32,000 nt of DNA from Breznakia sp. PF5-3 (GTDB lineage: Bacteria; Bacillota_I; Bacilli_A; Erysipelotrichales; Erysipelotrichaceae). The notes under the pieces were generated by a model. It saw only the letters and a program-made list of their open reading frames with translations. It was not told the origin of the DNA and did not search any database. The stretch spans positions 1-32,000 of the forward strand of contig NZ_JAQFIQ010000010.1 in NCBI RefSeq assembly GCF_029504745.1, given 5' to 3'. A program made the translations under genes and the position numbers. Below, piece by piece: positions 24,501 to 32,000 of the stretch. Position 1 is the first letter of the stretch. Every line of letters begins with the position of its first letter.

Positions 24501-26190
24501 ATAACACATTTGATTTATCAAATTGTGTATATAAACTATCTTGTCTTGCTTCGCTCAACACTTGTGAATAAAAGCGCACTTCATCTACATATGCATTGGA
24601 AATACCATTTGAATATGTACCAGTTGCTCCAATTACCCAACTTAAGTTATCCACATCAATAGAACCACTCATATTAGGAATGCTCTTTGTTTCTTTTAAT
24701 TCATTATCAACATAAAACTTTATAGTTTTATTTTCACGATCTACAACCGTCACAACAAAATGCCAATTGTTATCATATATTGAGTATCTTCCAGTATCAT
24801 ATCTGCCACCAGTTGCTGCTGTTGCATTGGTTGTTACTCCATTTGAAAATGCTCCTAGTGTAAATCCTCTATTTGCTCCAGAGTACCAGTTTTTATTTGA
24901 TATCAAGGCATCCCCTACTCCACTTGGAGCTGATGGGAATTTTGTCCATAAAGCAATTGAAAAGCTTTGATCATTAAACTTCAAACTATCTGCTTCTGGT
25001 AACTTCACATACTCACTAGCATCGCCACCAGCATTCGATTCCTTTGAACCATTTGGACTTTGAATGTGAAGCCCTTTTCCAACTGCTCCTGGTTTATATG
25101 TAAGACTACCGCCACCAGTATTCACAATGGTTCCATCATTCTCATATCCAGATTTATCTTTCACATCATCTTCAAAATCCAAATACAATACCAGTCCTTC
25201 TTCTGGTTCTGTAGGTAGTTCATCCTTCACTGTATTCTCTGCTGTATTTACATCATTAATTAAACCCAAAATTTGATCATAATAAGTAATATCATCTACT
25301 TTAGATACCATTGTTTCAAGTTCATCAATCTTTGCTTTTAAAGTAGTGATCAAACTTTGATCTACACTTGGCAACCCTTTATAAAGATTATATGTTCTTT
25401 TACTTGAAGATAACGTTTGACTTACAAGTCCATCCACATATAATGTTTTCGCATTATCAAGTGATAAGTTTGTTTTATATACTTTTAATTCATCAAACAA
25501 ACCATCTACAACTCCGTTTTCAAAAACACCTGATGCCCCTAATACAAAGTTATAATCTGTATCAATGGTTGTCGTTAGTGTACTTATATCTTTTGTATTT
25601 GTTTGTACACCATCACGATAAACCGTTATTTTATCTTTTCTTTTTACTGAAATTACAAAATGATGCCATCCTTCATTCAATACACTTTCATTAGCTACAG
25701 GACTAATATCCTGACGACTTGCTCCTTCAGGTGTAAAATTAAAACGCAATCCATTGGAGAAAATAGCTGCTGTAAACCCTTTGTTACTTCCTGAATAAAA
25801 ATCTTTATTTGAAAGTACTGCAGCACCATCTCCTGGACAAGCTTTTGCATTCATCCAAAATGACATTGTATAATCTTGATCTGTAAATTTTAGATTATCT
25901 GCTTTTCCAAAATCTACATATTGAACCGCTTTGGTTCTATCTTTACTACCCTTATCACCATTAGTGATTCGAATAGCTTTTCCTTTTACTCCCTTCTCAA
26001 ACGTTACATCCCCAACAATCGTTCCCGTCGTCTTATATGCCGAAGAATCTTCAACAGAATCTTCAAAAGCTACATCCAACACTAAATGTTGGTCAAGATC
26101 ATCATTTGCATACAACTTTGGTATTTCATTTAAATGAAAACTCAAAAGTGCAAATGACAAAGCTAAAAAAATCTTCATACATTTCTTCAT
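21562..26190 (-). CDS. 1542-aa cell-surface multidomain protein: signal peptide, 2x LamG/ConA-like lectin, calcineurin-like metallophosphoesterase, F5/8 type C (discoidin), FIVAR-like helical repeats, C-terminal anchor
   Basis: The SD AAAGGA precedes the ATG at 26190. The signal peptide ends ..PKLYA/ND. Approximate domain positions: LamG-1 at aa 36-245 (nt 25456-26085); LamG-2 at aa 332-547 (24550-25197), paralogous to LamG-1 (LSNKDFYSGSNKGFT vs ISNKNWYSGANRGFT); metallophosphoesterase at aa 632-905 (23476-24297) with DTHID, SGDFTDGG, GNHD and GHIHS motifs; F5/8-C at aa 940-1075 (22966-23373, ..NLFDNDDSTIWHSKW..); Ala/Glu/Lys-rich FIVAR-like repeats at aa 1080-1495 (21706-22953). The tail is a hydrophobic segment plus basic residues (..LLSLMVLSGAILIANRKRLIASKK). 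Confidence 0.9.
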   Translation of the reverse strand: MKKCMKIFLALSFALLSFHLNEIPKLYANDDLDQHLVLDVAFEDSVEDSSAYKTTGTIVGDVTFEKGVKGKAIRITNGDKGSKDRTKAVQYVDFGKADNLKFTDQDYTMSFWMNAKACPGDGAAVLSNKDFYSGSNKGFTAAIFSNGLRFNFTPEGASRQDISPVANESVLNEGWHHFVISVKRKDKITVYRDGVQTNTKDISTLTTTIDTDYNFVLGASGVFENGVVDGLFDELKVYKTNLSLDNAKTLYVDGLVSQTLSSSKRTYNLYKGLPSVDQSLITTLKAKIDELETMVSKVDDITYYDQILGLINDVNTAENTVKDELPTEPEEGLVLYLDFEDDVKDKSGYENDGTIVNTGGGSLTYKPGAVGKGLHIQSPNGSKESNAGGDASEYVKLPEADSLKFNDQSFSIALWTKFPSAPSGVGDALISNKNWYSGANRGFTLGAFSNGVTTNATAATGGRYDTGRYSIYDNNWHFVVTVVDRENKTIKFYVDNELKETKSIPNMSGSIDVDNLSWVIGATGTYSNGISNAYVDEVRFYSQVLSEARQDSLYTQFDKSNVLLTELEAAEAHVNKVFSDGGTTQKRFDEAQEGFTYIRSKLAGADDKTVTRLTRDLKNILARFEQETDPLMTFNVVTDTHIDRKRGEVDNLDNYLQDLRWLNPDSKVVMNSGDFTDGGSLSEYQTHFNILSKNAIEGRYYMNTLGNHDVRWLCSTNNPESGSDRTVATCPVGDPNADLWRTRYLQFNTPYMGDEWNGQSPYHKKWVDGYLFISLSTEKDLKDWAYLSEEQLQWLDDSLSESDPNKPAFISLHQILDGTANYEEGDLVGAQDEQLKAVLRKHPHAVLFTGHIHSTVDRADLYHGDWGFMMDMASYSYAYTAGADKRNQVSYQVEVYDDEVVIRVRDHVSGEWLDQYEKSFWITDPVPADPSDDSYDIDVSKITPTAGTEQSGDPVTNLFDNDDSTIWHSKWSGEGTTREQTWVNMHLDEATNVAGFRYKPRSNGGNGSIAGFEVYISNDGGLSYTKHAEGTFPVGNASWKVFEFDSVLATDVKIQITSNNGSGIYGSGAEMRLLRPKNVDLGELQALIEQAEAIIDNDKEDTMTSSSWNTFMNAYETAVNLDENASAIEVKVAKLALEEAIKNLEPRASETAVDALETLIDTCKAMEDDFLEADFAGMKTLIEASETLLAKGREDLSSSEVSKAIEDLLDAKKALEANKAETNSLLDTLEIHVEIAQDILDGDTSSYRPGKVKELEKAVDEGKALVEANSKDKAAIIAATDKIADAMSQLWDIVDKSELTSLIIIAEKYAEADYSAESWVKLETALAAAKTIVANDDATEAQVAKAYKDLFDAINGLERKINTEALEREIAAVEKILANKAKYVASSIKGLPTALESAKNVLANGKTQAEIDAATKALTKEKLKARLKADTSALSKMVTKANNLEVKGYTAGSVDTLNAAIKEAQAVLNNEEVTQEEVKAAELKLEKAMNGLKKVSSPSKAATSAKGVASGDTTDVNTLLSLMVLSGAILIANRKRLIASKK

Positions 26191-26440
26191 ATACGTTTCC
26201 TTTCATTGAACAACCCGTTCATCTCTCTATTAAAATCAATATAGCATATCTATCTTTTCATTTATTTGTACTAATCGACTTTTGTTTTATACAAATCATT
26301 TGCACTTTTAGCTTAATATCGTTCATAATTACCCTTTTTTTGTGTAATCGGTTACAAAAAAAAGGACATTTTTTGCATATTTGTACTTTTTAGCATTATT
26401 TTTAACATATTTAATACCTTCTTTTACATCTTACAAATGA

Positions 26441-26470
26441 AAAAAGGATCCTGATAAATTCAGAATCCTT
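26441..26470 (-). terminator. Rho-independent terminator of the HD-domain gene
   Basis: The minus-strand RNA reads AAGGAUUCUGA-AUUUA-UCAGGAUCCUU (one G-U pair), followed by a run of U's that begins with the two U's ending the 3' arm (complement of AAAAA at 26441-26445). Confidence 0.7.
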
Positions 26471-26483
26471 CTTGATTTAAGAC

Positions 26484-27014
26484 TTAAGAAAAGCTTGCTT
26501 TTACTTTTTGTTTTACTCTTTTTGTATACGATTGATAAGCTTCACTTACTGCACAATATTTATCCACAAAAGAGATAAGCATCGACTCAGCATGTTTTGG
26601 TGGCTTTATTGTAACAGGCCACATGTGTTTAGCAATAATATCTATTTCTAAATCACTTAGCAAAAAATATTCGTTTGCGTTTCTAAGTGCAATCTTAGGA
26701 TGTAGATGTGCATGAAATCCCTTTTCGGGTTTTCCTTCATGCCAATCGTACAAAAAGAAGTCATGTAGTAAGCCACCACGTGCAGAAGCTAGATAATCTA
26801 GATGAAACATCTTACTTATGCGATAACTCACATAAGAAACATGCAAGCTATGCGTAAATACTGTATTATCTGCATGGTGTAAATATTCATGCATTTCTTG
26901 TACTTTGGGATGATTTAATATTTCATAAACCAACTCATTATATATTTGATCATTTGATATTTTTGTATGTAATTTCGAAATTTTCAATGTCTTAACCGTC
27001 CTATTAAAATACAT
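26484..27014 (-). CDS. HD-domain metal-dependent phosphohydrolase (small, stand-alone)
   Basis: The H..HD pattern (..THSLHVSYVSY.. ..GGLLHDFFLYDWHE.. ..HAHLHP..) is typical of small HD hydrolases. No clear SD is present at the ATG 27014. Confidence 0.8.
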   Translation of the reverse strand: MYFNRTVKTLKISKLHTKISNDQIYNELVYEILNHPKVQEMHEYLHHADNTVFTHSLHVSYVSYRISKMFHLDYLASARGGLLHDFFLYDWHEGKPEKGFHAHLHPKIALRNANEYFLLSDLEIDIIAKHMWPVTIKPPKHAESMLISFVDKYCAVSEAYQSYTKRVKQKVKASFS

Positions 27015-27115
27015 ATTTGTATCTTATGTCATGAATTATACCACAGAAATTAAATAGGTCTATTAAAATGACATCAACTTCAAAAATATTATACAACCTC
27101 TTTGCTACTCTTTTT

Positions 27116-27153
27116 CTAAAATAAAACGTATAGATATTTTATCTACACGTTTT
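27116..27153 (-). terminator. Rho-independent terminator at the end of the sugar ABC/isomerase operon
   Basis: Plus-strand AAAACGTATAGAT (27123-27135) pairs with ATCTACACGTTTT (27141-27153), with one G-U pair in the minus-strand RNA. The U-rich tract is the complement of 27116-27126. Confidence 0.65.
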
Positions 27154-27159
27154 ATTATG

Positions 27160-28071
27160 TTAAATATAATTATTCAAATGACGCTTACTGATAATTAAAG
27201 ATTGCTTGCGGCTCTCTAAATCACCTTCGAAATTGCGATCTTCAATTTCAATACAAGCATAACCATCAAAGCCTGCATCTAAAGCAGTCGTTATAAATTT
27301 TCCCCAATGAATATCTCCTTGACCTGGGATTTTTGGTACCGTAAACATATTAGGTGGTACTAAATATCCATAGTAATCTAGCTTCGCTTGATCAAGGGTT
27401 AAATCTTTAAAGTGTAAATGATACAAACGATCCTTAAAGTCTAACATAGGTTGTAAATAATCCATGCTTTGCAATATCATATGCGAAGGATCATAATTGA
27501 TTCCTATATTTTTACTTTTTAAACGATCAAATATCAACTCCCAATTATATGGTGAAGAAGCCAAGTTCTGACCTGCTGGCCATTCATCATACGTGAAATA
27601 CATAGGGCAATTTTCAATACCAATTAAAATATTTTTCTCTTCTGCAGCTTTTATAATTGGATCCCATACTGTATTTAATTCCGCAAGGTTTTCTTCTAAA
27701 TTCTTATCTTGCATCCTACCAATAAAAGTAGTGACATTTTTTACACCTAAACGACTTGCTGCATCAATCACTTTTAATAAGTGTTGATTGTAATACTTTC
27801 TTTTCTCAACATCTGTATCCATATTATTTGGATAATATGCAAGCGAAGATATTTCTACATTTCGATCCTTACAATATTTTTGAATATATGCAATTTTTGT
27901 ATCATCCAAAGTATCCACATCAATATGTGTAACTCCTGCATACCTTCTTTCTGCTTTCCCTACAGGCCAACAAGCAATCTCTACTGCTTCAAATGCTTGT
28001 TCATGAGCGAAATCAATTACTTCTTCAAACGTTAAATCAGCAAGTATAGAACTTACAAATCCGATTTTCAT
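27160..28071 (-). CDS. Sugar phosphate isomerase/epimerase family protein (xylose-isomerase-like TIM barrel)
   Basis: At 303 aa its pattern (..FEAVEIACWP.. ..IGIENCP.. ..INYDPSHMILQ.. ..HLHFKD.. ..ACIEIED..) is typical of the AP_endonuc_2/XI-like TIM barrel family. The SD AAGGAGGA is upstream. Confidence 0.85.
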   Translation of the reverse strand: MKIGFVSSILADLTFEEVIDFAHEQAFEAVEIACWPVGKAERRYAGVTHIDVDTLDDTKIAYIQKYCKDRNVEISSLAYYPNNMDTDVEKRKYYNQHLLKVIDAASRLGVKNVTTFIGRMQDKNLEENLAELNTVWDPIIKAAEEKNILIGIENCPMYFTYDEWPAGQNLASSPYNWELIFDRLKSKNIGINYDPSHMILQSMDYLQPMLDFKDRLYHLHFKDLTLDQAKLDYYGYLVPPNMFTVPKIPGQGDIHWGKFITTALDAGFDGYACIEIEDRNFEGDLESRKQSLIISKRHLNNYI

Positions 28072-28074
28072 TTT

Positions 28075-29037
28075 TTAATCCTCCTTACTTTCTAAATATT
28101 TTTGGAACAACACTGCTGCTATGATAATAGCACCTTTGATAGCTCCTACTAAAAACGAATTTATACCTAATAAATTCAACATATTATTAATAATTCCAAG
28201 CGTCAACGTACCAAAGAAAGTTCCAAGAATCTTTCCATGCCCACCTGACATGCTAGTTCCACCAATAACAACAGCTGCAATGGCATCCATTTCATATGAT
28301 GATCCAGATGAAGCGGAATTCATACTACCTAGTCGAGATGCTTCAATCATTGAAGCAAATGCAATTAAAACCCCTGAAATCACATATGTTAGTATAATTG
28401 TTCTTTTTGTATTTACCCCTGATAATTTAGTTGCTTGCTCATTACTTCCAACACCATAAATATGACGTCCAAGTGATGTGTTCTTCATCACAAAGGCAAT
28501 GATTAACGCAAATAATATCCAGTAAATAATTGGCAATGGTACAATACCAAATAATTTATCATTTGATATTGCCAAAAAACCATCTAATTTCGTTGTTGAG
28601 GCTAAAATTCCTCCACCATGATAATAATACTGTATCAATGATCGAAAGATACTTGTTGTACCCAGTGTCACAATAAATGCTGGTATCTTAAATTTAGCTA
28701 CTAGAAAACCTGCAATAAAGCCTGTAAGCAACCCAAGTCCTACAGCTGCCCCAATTGCTAACAGTATACTATCTGTTGCATTTAAAACACTGATTCCTAC
28801 CAACCCTGTCATCGCTAATTGAGAACCAACAGATAAATCAATTCCCCCAGTAATAATAATCATTGTCATTCCTAATGCTACAATTCCTATTACTGCATTA
28901 TTTAGCATTACATTGGATAGGTTATCATAGTTTAAAAAAGTTGTTCCTTTAGTAACTATAGCTACTAATAGAATAATTACAAAGGCAATAATTGGACTAT
29001 ATTCTTTTAAATAGTAATGTATTTTCTTATTTTTCAT
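28075..29037 (-). CDS. Sugar ABC transporter permease (RbsC/monosaccharide CUT2 type)
   Basis: It has about 10 TM segments and ..GGIDLSVGS.. and ..KRTIILTYVISG.. motifs like ribose-type permeases. The SD AGGAGG is upstream, and it overlaps the ATPase gene by 11 nt. Confidence 0.9.
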   Translation of the reverse strand: MKNKKIHYYLKEYSPIIAFVIILLVAIVTKGTTFLNYDNLSNVMLNNAVIGIVALGMTMIIITGGIDLSVGSQLAMTGLVGISVLNATDSILLAIGAAVGLGLLTGFIAGFLVAKFKIPAFIVTLGTTSIFRSLIQYYYHGGGILASTTKLDGFLAISNDKLFGIVPLPIIYWILFALIIAFVMKNTSLGRHIYGVGSNEQATKLSGVNTKRTIILTYVISGVLIAFASMIEASRLGSMNSASSGSSYEMDAIAAVVIGGTSMSGGHGKILGTFFGTLTLGIINNMLNLLGINSFLVGAIKGAIIIAAVLFQKYLESKED

Positions 29038-30529
29038 TGATACCTCCTGTAGCGATCGTCATAATACGTTCTTCATTGAATGCTTCTCTTTTTAATTCAT
29101 CACGAATTTCCCCATGGAACATCACATATGCACGATCACAAATCATCATGATTTCACTTGCTTCACTTGATAACACAAAGAAACTTATTCCCTCATCTGC
29201 TAGATTCATAATGTGAGTATAAATTTCAAATTTAGCTCCGACATCTACTCCTTGAGTAGGATTATCTAAAATTACAATCTTTGGATCAATACTTAAAGCA
29301 CGACCAATCATAACCTTTTGTTGATTTCCTCCGGATAACTTAGTAATCAAATCACTAAACTTTGCCAACTTTATATTTAATTTATCTTTAAACTTTTCAT
29401 TGTTATTCTTGATTGCAGAACGATTCAATATTCCTGCTTTTGATGAACGCTCATAATTTGTCATATTCATGTTATCTGAGATAGACAAGTCTTTAATGAT
29501 TCCATTTATCTTTCTATTTCTTGGAACATAAGCAATTTTACGTTTAATTGACTTAACCGTAGAATTACATTTAATTTCTTCACCTTCTAAAAGTACAGAA
29601 CCTTCATAAGCTTGTTTATTTCCATAAATTGTTTCAAACAATTCACTTCGCCCATCGCCTAATAAACCTGTTACACCAACTATTTCACCTTTGCGAATAT
29701 TTATATCTACATCTTTAAACTCTCTATCTCTGCTTAATTTTTTAGTTTCTAATATAACATCTCCTAGTTTTCTTTCATGATATATATCCGATGAATCAAC
29801 ATCTTTCCCAATCATATATTTCGCAAGGTCATACTCCTTTATCCCTTTACTTACTTCTTTTGACTTAACAACTTCACCATCACGAAGTACTGTAAACGAA
29901 TCACAAAGGGTTAATACTTCATTTAACTTATGTGATATAAAGATGATGGCAAGTCCTTTATCTCTTAAATTATTTAGAACTTTAAATAATTGATCAATCT
30001 CATTTTCTGTTAATGAAGAAGTCGGCTCATCCAAAATCAACACCTTACTCTCTTTCATTAAACCTTTTGATATTTCAATTACTTGTTGATAAGATGCATC
30101 CAATGTTCCTATTTTCACATTTGGATCAATGTTTACATCCAACTGTTGTAATATCTTAGCGGATTCTTCACGCATCTTCTTATTATCAAGAATTCCTTTG
30201 TGTTTTATTTCTTGGCCAAAAAACAGATTTTCAGCAACCGTTAAATCTGGCAACAATGCTAACTCTTGATGAACAAAGGAAATCTTATCTTGTAACATAT
30301 TCGTTCCATGATGTGTATGCTTTACCTCTTCACCATCATATAAAATATTTCCTGCATCGTAATCAATTACACCGCCTAAGATATTCATCAAGGTTGTTTT
30401 CCCTGTTCCATTTTCTCCAAGTAATGCGTGTATTTCACCTTTTTTTAATTGAAAGTCTACGCCCTTTAATACTTTGTTGACACCATAAGACTTTTCAATA
30501 TTCTGCATTTCTATAATATATTTACTCAT
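29027..30529 (-). CDS. Sugar ABC transporter ATP-binding protein (duplicated ABC domains, RbsA/MglA type)
   Basis: Walker A is GENGTGKTT. The signature and Walker B (ILDEPTSSL) are in the first half. The second ABC half carries LSGGNQQK and ILDNPTQGVD. Confidence 0.9.
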   Translation of the reverse strand: MSKYIIEMQNIEKSYGVNKVLKGVDFQLKKGEIHALLGENGTGKTTLMNILGGVIDYDAGNILYDGEEVKHTHHGTNMLQDKISFVHQELALLPDLTVAENLFFGQEIKHKGILDNKKMREESAKILQQLDVNIDPNVKIGTLDASYQQVIEISKGLMKESKVLILDEPTSSLTENEIDQLFKVLNNLRDKGLAIIFISHKLNEVLTLCDSFTVLRDGEVVKSKEVSKGIKEYDLAKYMIGKDVDSSDIYHERKLGDVILETKKLSRDREFKDVDINIRKGEIVGVTGLLGDGRSELFETIYGNKQAYEGSVLLEGEEIKCNSTVKSIKRKIAYVPRNRKINGIIKDLSISDNMNMTNYERSSKAGILNRSAIKNNNEKFKDKLNIKLAKFSDLITKLSGGNQQKVMIGRALSIDPKIVILDNPTQGVDVGAKFEIYTHIMNLADEGISFFVLSSEASEIMMICDRAYVMFHGEIRDELKREAFNEERIMTIATGGINEK

Positions 30530-30545
30530 CTCTTACACCTCTTCA

Positions 30546-30569
30546 TATAAAAGAGCCTAATTAGGCTCT
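30546..30569 (-). terminator. Intercistronic hairpin / weak attenuator between the binding-protein and ATPase genes
   Basis: The palindrome AGAGCC-TAATTA-GGCTCT (30552-30569) is followed on the minus strand by UUUAU. Such hairpins commonly stabilise the upstream binding-protein transcript in ABC operons. Confidence 0.4.
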
Positions 30570-30580
30570 ATAACTCCTGA

Positions 30581-31540
30581 TTAATAAGGTGAATCTGCAT
30601 CTACGAAATCTTCTGCATTATCACGATTGATGATTTCTGGTGCTACATAATAATCTTTTTCAAACTTTTCACCTTTTTGAATTTTCACAGCCATTTCAAT
30701 AGCATCAATAATCATTTTAGGACTATATGTTGCTGAGAATAGGTTAATCGAAGTTTCTGATTTAATCTTATTGATATAGCTTTGACTTCCTCCACATCCA
30801 GACATATATTTAATATCTGTACGTCCTGCATCTTTAATTGCTTGTAAGAAGCCTAATGATGATTCATCATCAATTGAGAAAATTGCATCGATTTGTTTAT
30901 TAGCTACTAATAAATCTGCTCCTGATTTCAATCCATCTTCTTGTGTAAAACTTGCAGTTGAGAATTCCACTAATTTAATATCTGGATATTTTTCTTTCAT
31001 AACCTTTTTAAAGTTATCAACACGTTCGGTACTAACAGAACCTGCACTTGGTACATTGTGAACTGCAATTGTTCCCTTTCCACCTAGCTTTTCACCTAAA
31101 TAATTCGCTACGGTTGTTCCTACTTCTGGATTATTCCCTGTTACATAAGATGTATAATCAACATCTACAATACGGTCAAATAGTACTAATTTAATCCCTG
31201 CATCTCTAATTTTCTTTGCATAGATTTCTACTTCATCTGTATGTGGTTCTAAAACGATTACAGAACAATCCATAGCAATCAAATCATCGATATGCGCTGC
31301 TTGTTCACTAACACTACTTGAAGTTAAGATTTTCGCATCCAAACCTAATTCTTTCACAGTATTTTCAGCATTATAAGATAATGCTGCTAACCAACCATGG
31401 TCTGCAGCTAGAATTGAAATACCAATAGGTCCATCGGCATTTGCTTCTTTCTTATCATCTTTCGATTCTCCTGAACTACAACCACTAATAATTAAAATAA
31501 ACGCGAATGAAACTGCTAATAATTTCTTTAAACTTTTCAT
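30581..31540 (-). CDS. Sugar ABC transporter substrate-binding lipoprotein (periplasmic-binding-protein type I, RbsB-like)
   Basis: The lipobox is LIISGC/SSG. The PBP-I-like body follows (..GISILAADHGW.. ..VLFDR.. ..AIFSIDDES..). The SD AAAGGAGA is upstream. Confidence 0.85.
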   Translation of the reverse strand: MKSLKKLLAVSFAFILIISGCSSGESKDDKKEANADGPIGISILAADHGWLAALSYNAENTVKELGLDAKILTSSSVSEQAAHIDDLIAMDCSVIVLEPHTDEVEIYAKKIRDAGIKLVLFDRIVDVDYTSYVTGNNPEVGTTVANYLGEKLGGKGTIAVHNVPSAGSVSTERVDNFKKVMKEKYPDIKLVEFSTASFTQEDGLKSGADLLVANKQIDAIFSIDDESSLGFLQAIKDAGRTDIKYMSGCGGSQSYINKIKSETSINLFSATYSPKMIIDAIEMAVKIQKGEKFEKDYYVAPEIINRDNAEDFVDADSPY

Positions 31541-31552
31541 TTATTTTCTCCT

Positions 31553-32000
31553 TTATTGTATGTCAATCCATACTTTTTTCTTATCGCTTTCCAAACAAGC
31601 GGCAACAACTTTCATAATATGATATCCATCTGCAAATGTAGCAAATGGCTTTGGACCATCATAGTCTTTGTTTTCGATTGCTTCATAAAATGCACGTATA
31701 CCATTGGTTAGTGCATCATGCCAACCTACTGGATGTCCATTTGGTAGGGTAGCAAATTTTTTAGCACCTTGAGAAACATATTTAGCATCTGCAAATACTT
31801 CTTCATTTCCCTTGTCGCGATGTCCAATCCACAATCTATCTGATTGTTCTTGTTTCCACTCCAATGCTTCTTTTTCACCTGAGATATTAATTTTCAAACC
31901 ATTCTTCTTCCCAGCACTCACCTGAGAAATTACAAACGATCCTATAAGGCCTCCTTCAAATTCTACTTGAATGACACCTCCATCTTCGTTTTGAACTATC
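31553..32000 (-). CDS. Gfo/Idh/MocA family oxidoreductase, C-terminal part (5' end beyond the window)
   Basis: The reading frame stays open upstream of the ORF-track start to the window edge (..IVQNEDGGVIQVEFEGGLIGSFVISQVSAGKKNGL..). The C-terminal alpha/beta domain pattern and the ending ..ADGYHIMKVVAACLES.. are typical of the family. Confidence 0.7.
   Translation of the reverse strand, partial: IVQNEDGGVIQVEFEGGLIGSFVISQVSAGKKNGLKINISGEKEALEWKQEQSDRLWIGHRDKGNEEVFADAKYVSQGAKKFATLPNGHPVGWHDALTNGIRAFYEAIENKDYDGPKPFATFADGYHIMKVVAACLESDKKKVWIDIQ

Noticed and set aside
26264-26387. Repeated ATTTGTACT (26264-26272 and 26379-26387) and ATTTGCACT (26298-26306) upstream of the giant gene, plus a weak T-run/hairpin/A-run at about 26336-26365.
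   Set aside because: These are short AT-rich words in an AT-rich spacer with no symmetry or fixed phasing, so chance recurrence is plausible. The hairpin has only about 5 clean base pairs.
1-32000. Search for mobile elements, CRISPR arrays, prophage or defence islands, and tRNA/rRNA genes.
   Set aside because: I found no transposase, integrase or recombinase-like translation. There is no array of regularly spaced direct repeats and no long terminal inverted repeats. No tRNA-like or rRNA-like sequence occurs in the intergenic regions.

Overview
Low-GC, Firmicutes-like chromosomal segment with dense coding. I support 30 CDS, 25 of them on the minus strand. Several ORF-track N-termini were shortened to the start codon that has a proper Shine-Dalgarno (SD). 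Left to right: a frame-disrupted Spx/ArsC-like gene, a small membrane protein, a CNNM/CorC-HlyC transporter, NudC, and a wall-anchored protein with two prealbumin-like repeats. Next is an adenine deaminase -> ANT(6)-type aminoglycoside nucleotidyltransferase -> Cof-HAD phosphatase gene string, then MarR and a P-type ATPase. A mannose-family PTS operon follows, ordered IIC-IID-IIB-SIS-HAD-IIA. Just upstream of it sit a full-length GntR/HutC regulator and an HTH-less UTRA-only protein. After that come a DUF1848 Cys-rich protein, a secreted protein, a MATE exporter with a structured leader, a small hypothetical, and a cyclophilin lipoprotein. The largest gene encodes a 1542-aa surface protein (2x LamG, metallophosphoesterase, F5/8-C, FIVAR-like helices). 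The window ends with an HD hydrolase and a sugar ABC transporter flanked by a TIM-barrel 'sugar phosphate isomerase/epimerase' and a Gfo/Idh/MocA oxidoreductase that runs off the right edge. I saw no rRNA, tRNA, CRISPR array, transposase, integrase, phage gene or recognisable defence gene. I cannot point to a clear-cut novel multi-gene system. The most unusual items are: (i) the UTRA-only/GntR pair, with one AATTGGTATA operator word upstream of both the regulator genes and the PTS operon; (ii) a promoter, uORF and terminator leader in front of the MATE gene; (iii) the architecture of the giant surface enzyme; (iv) a chromosomal ANT(6) homolog with no SD behind a terminator-like hairpin. All domain calls come from reading the translations by eye and need profile searches to confirm.
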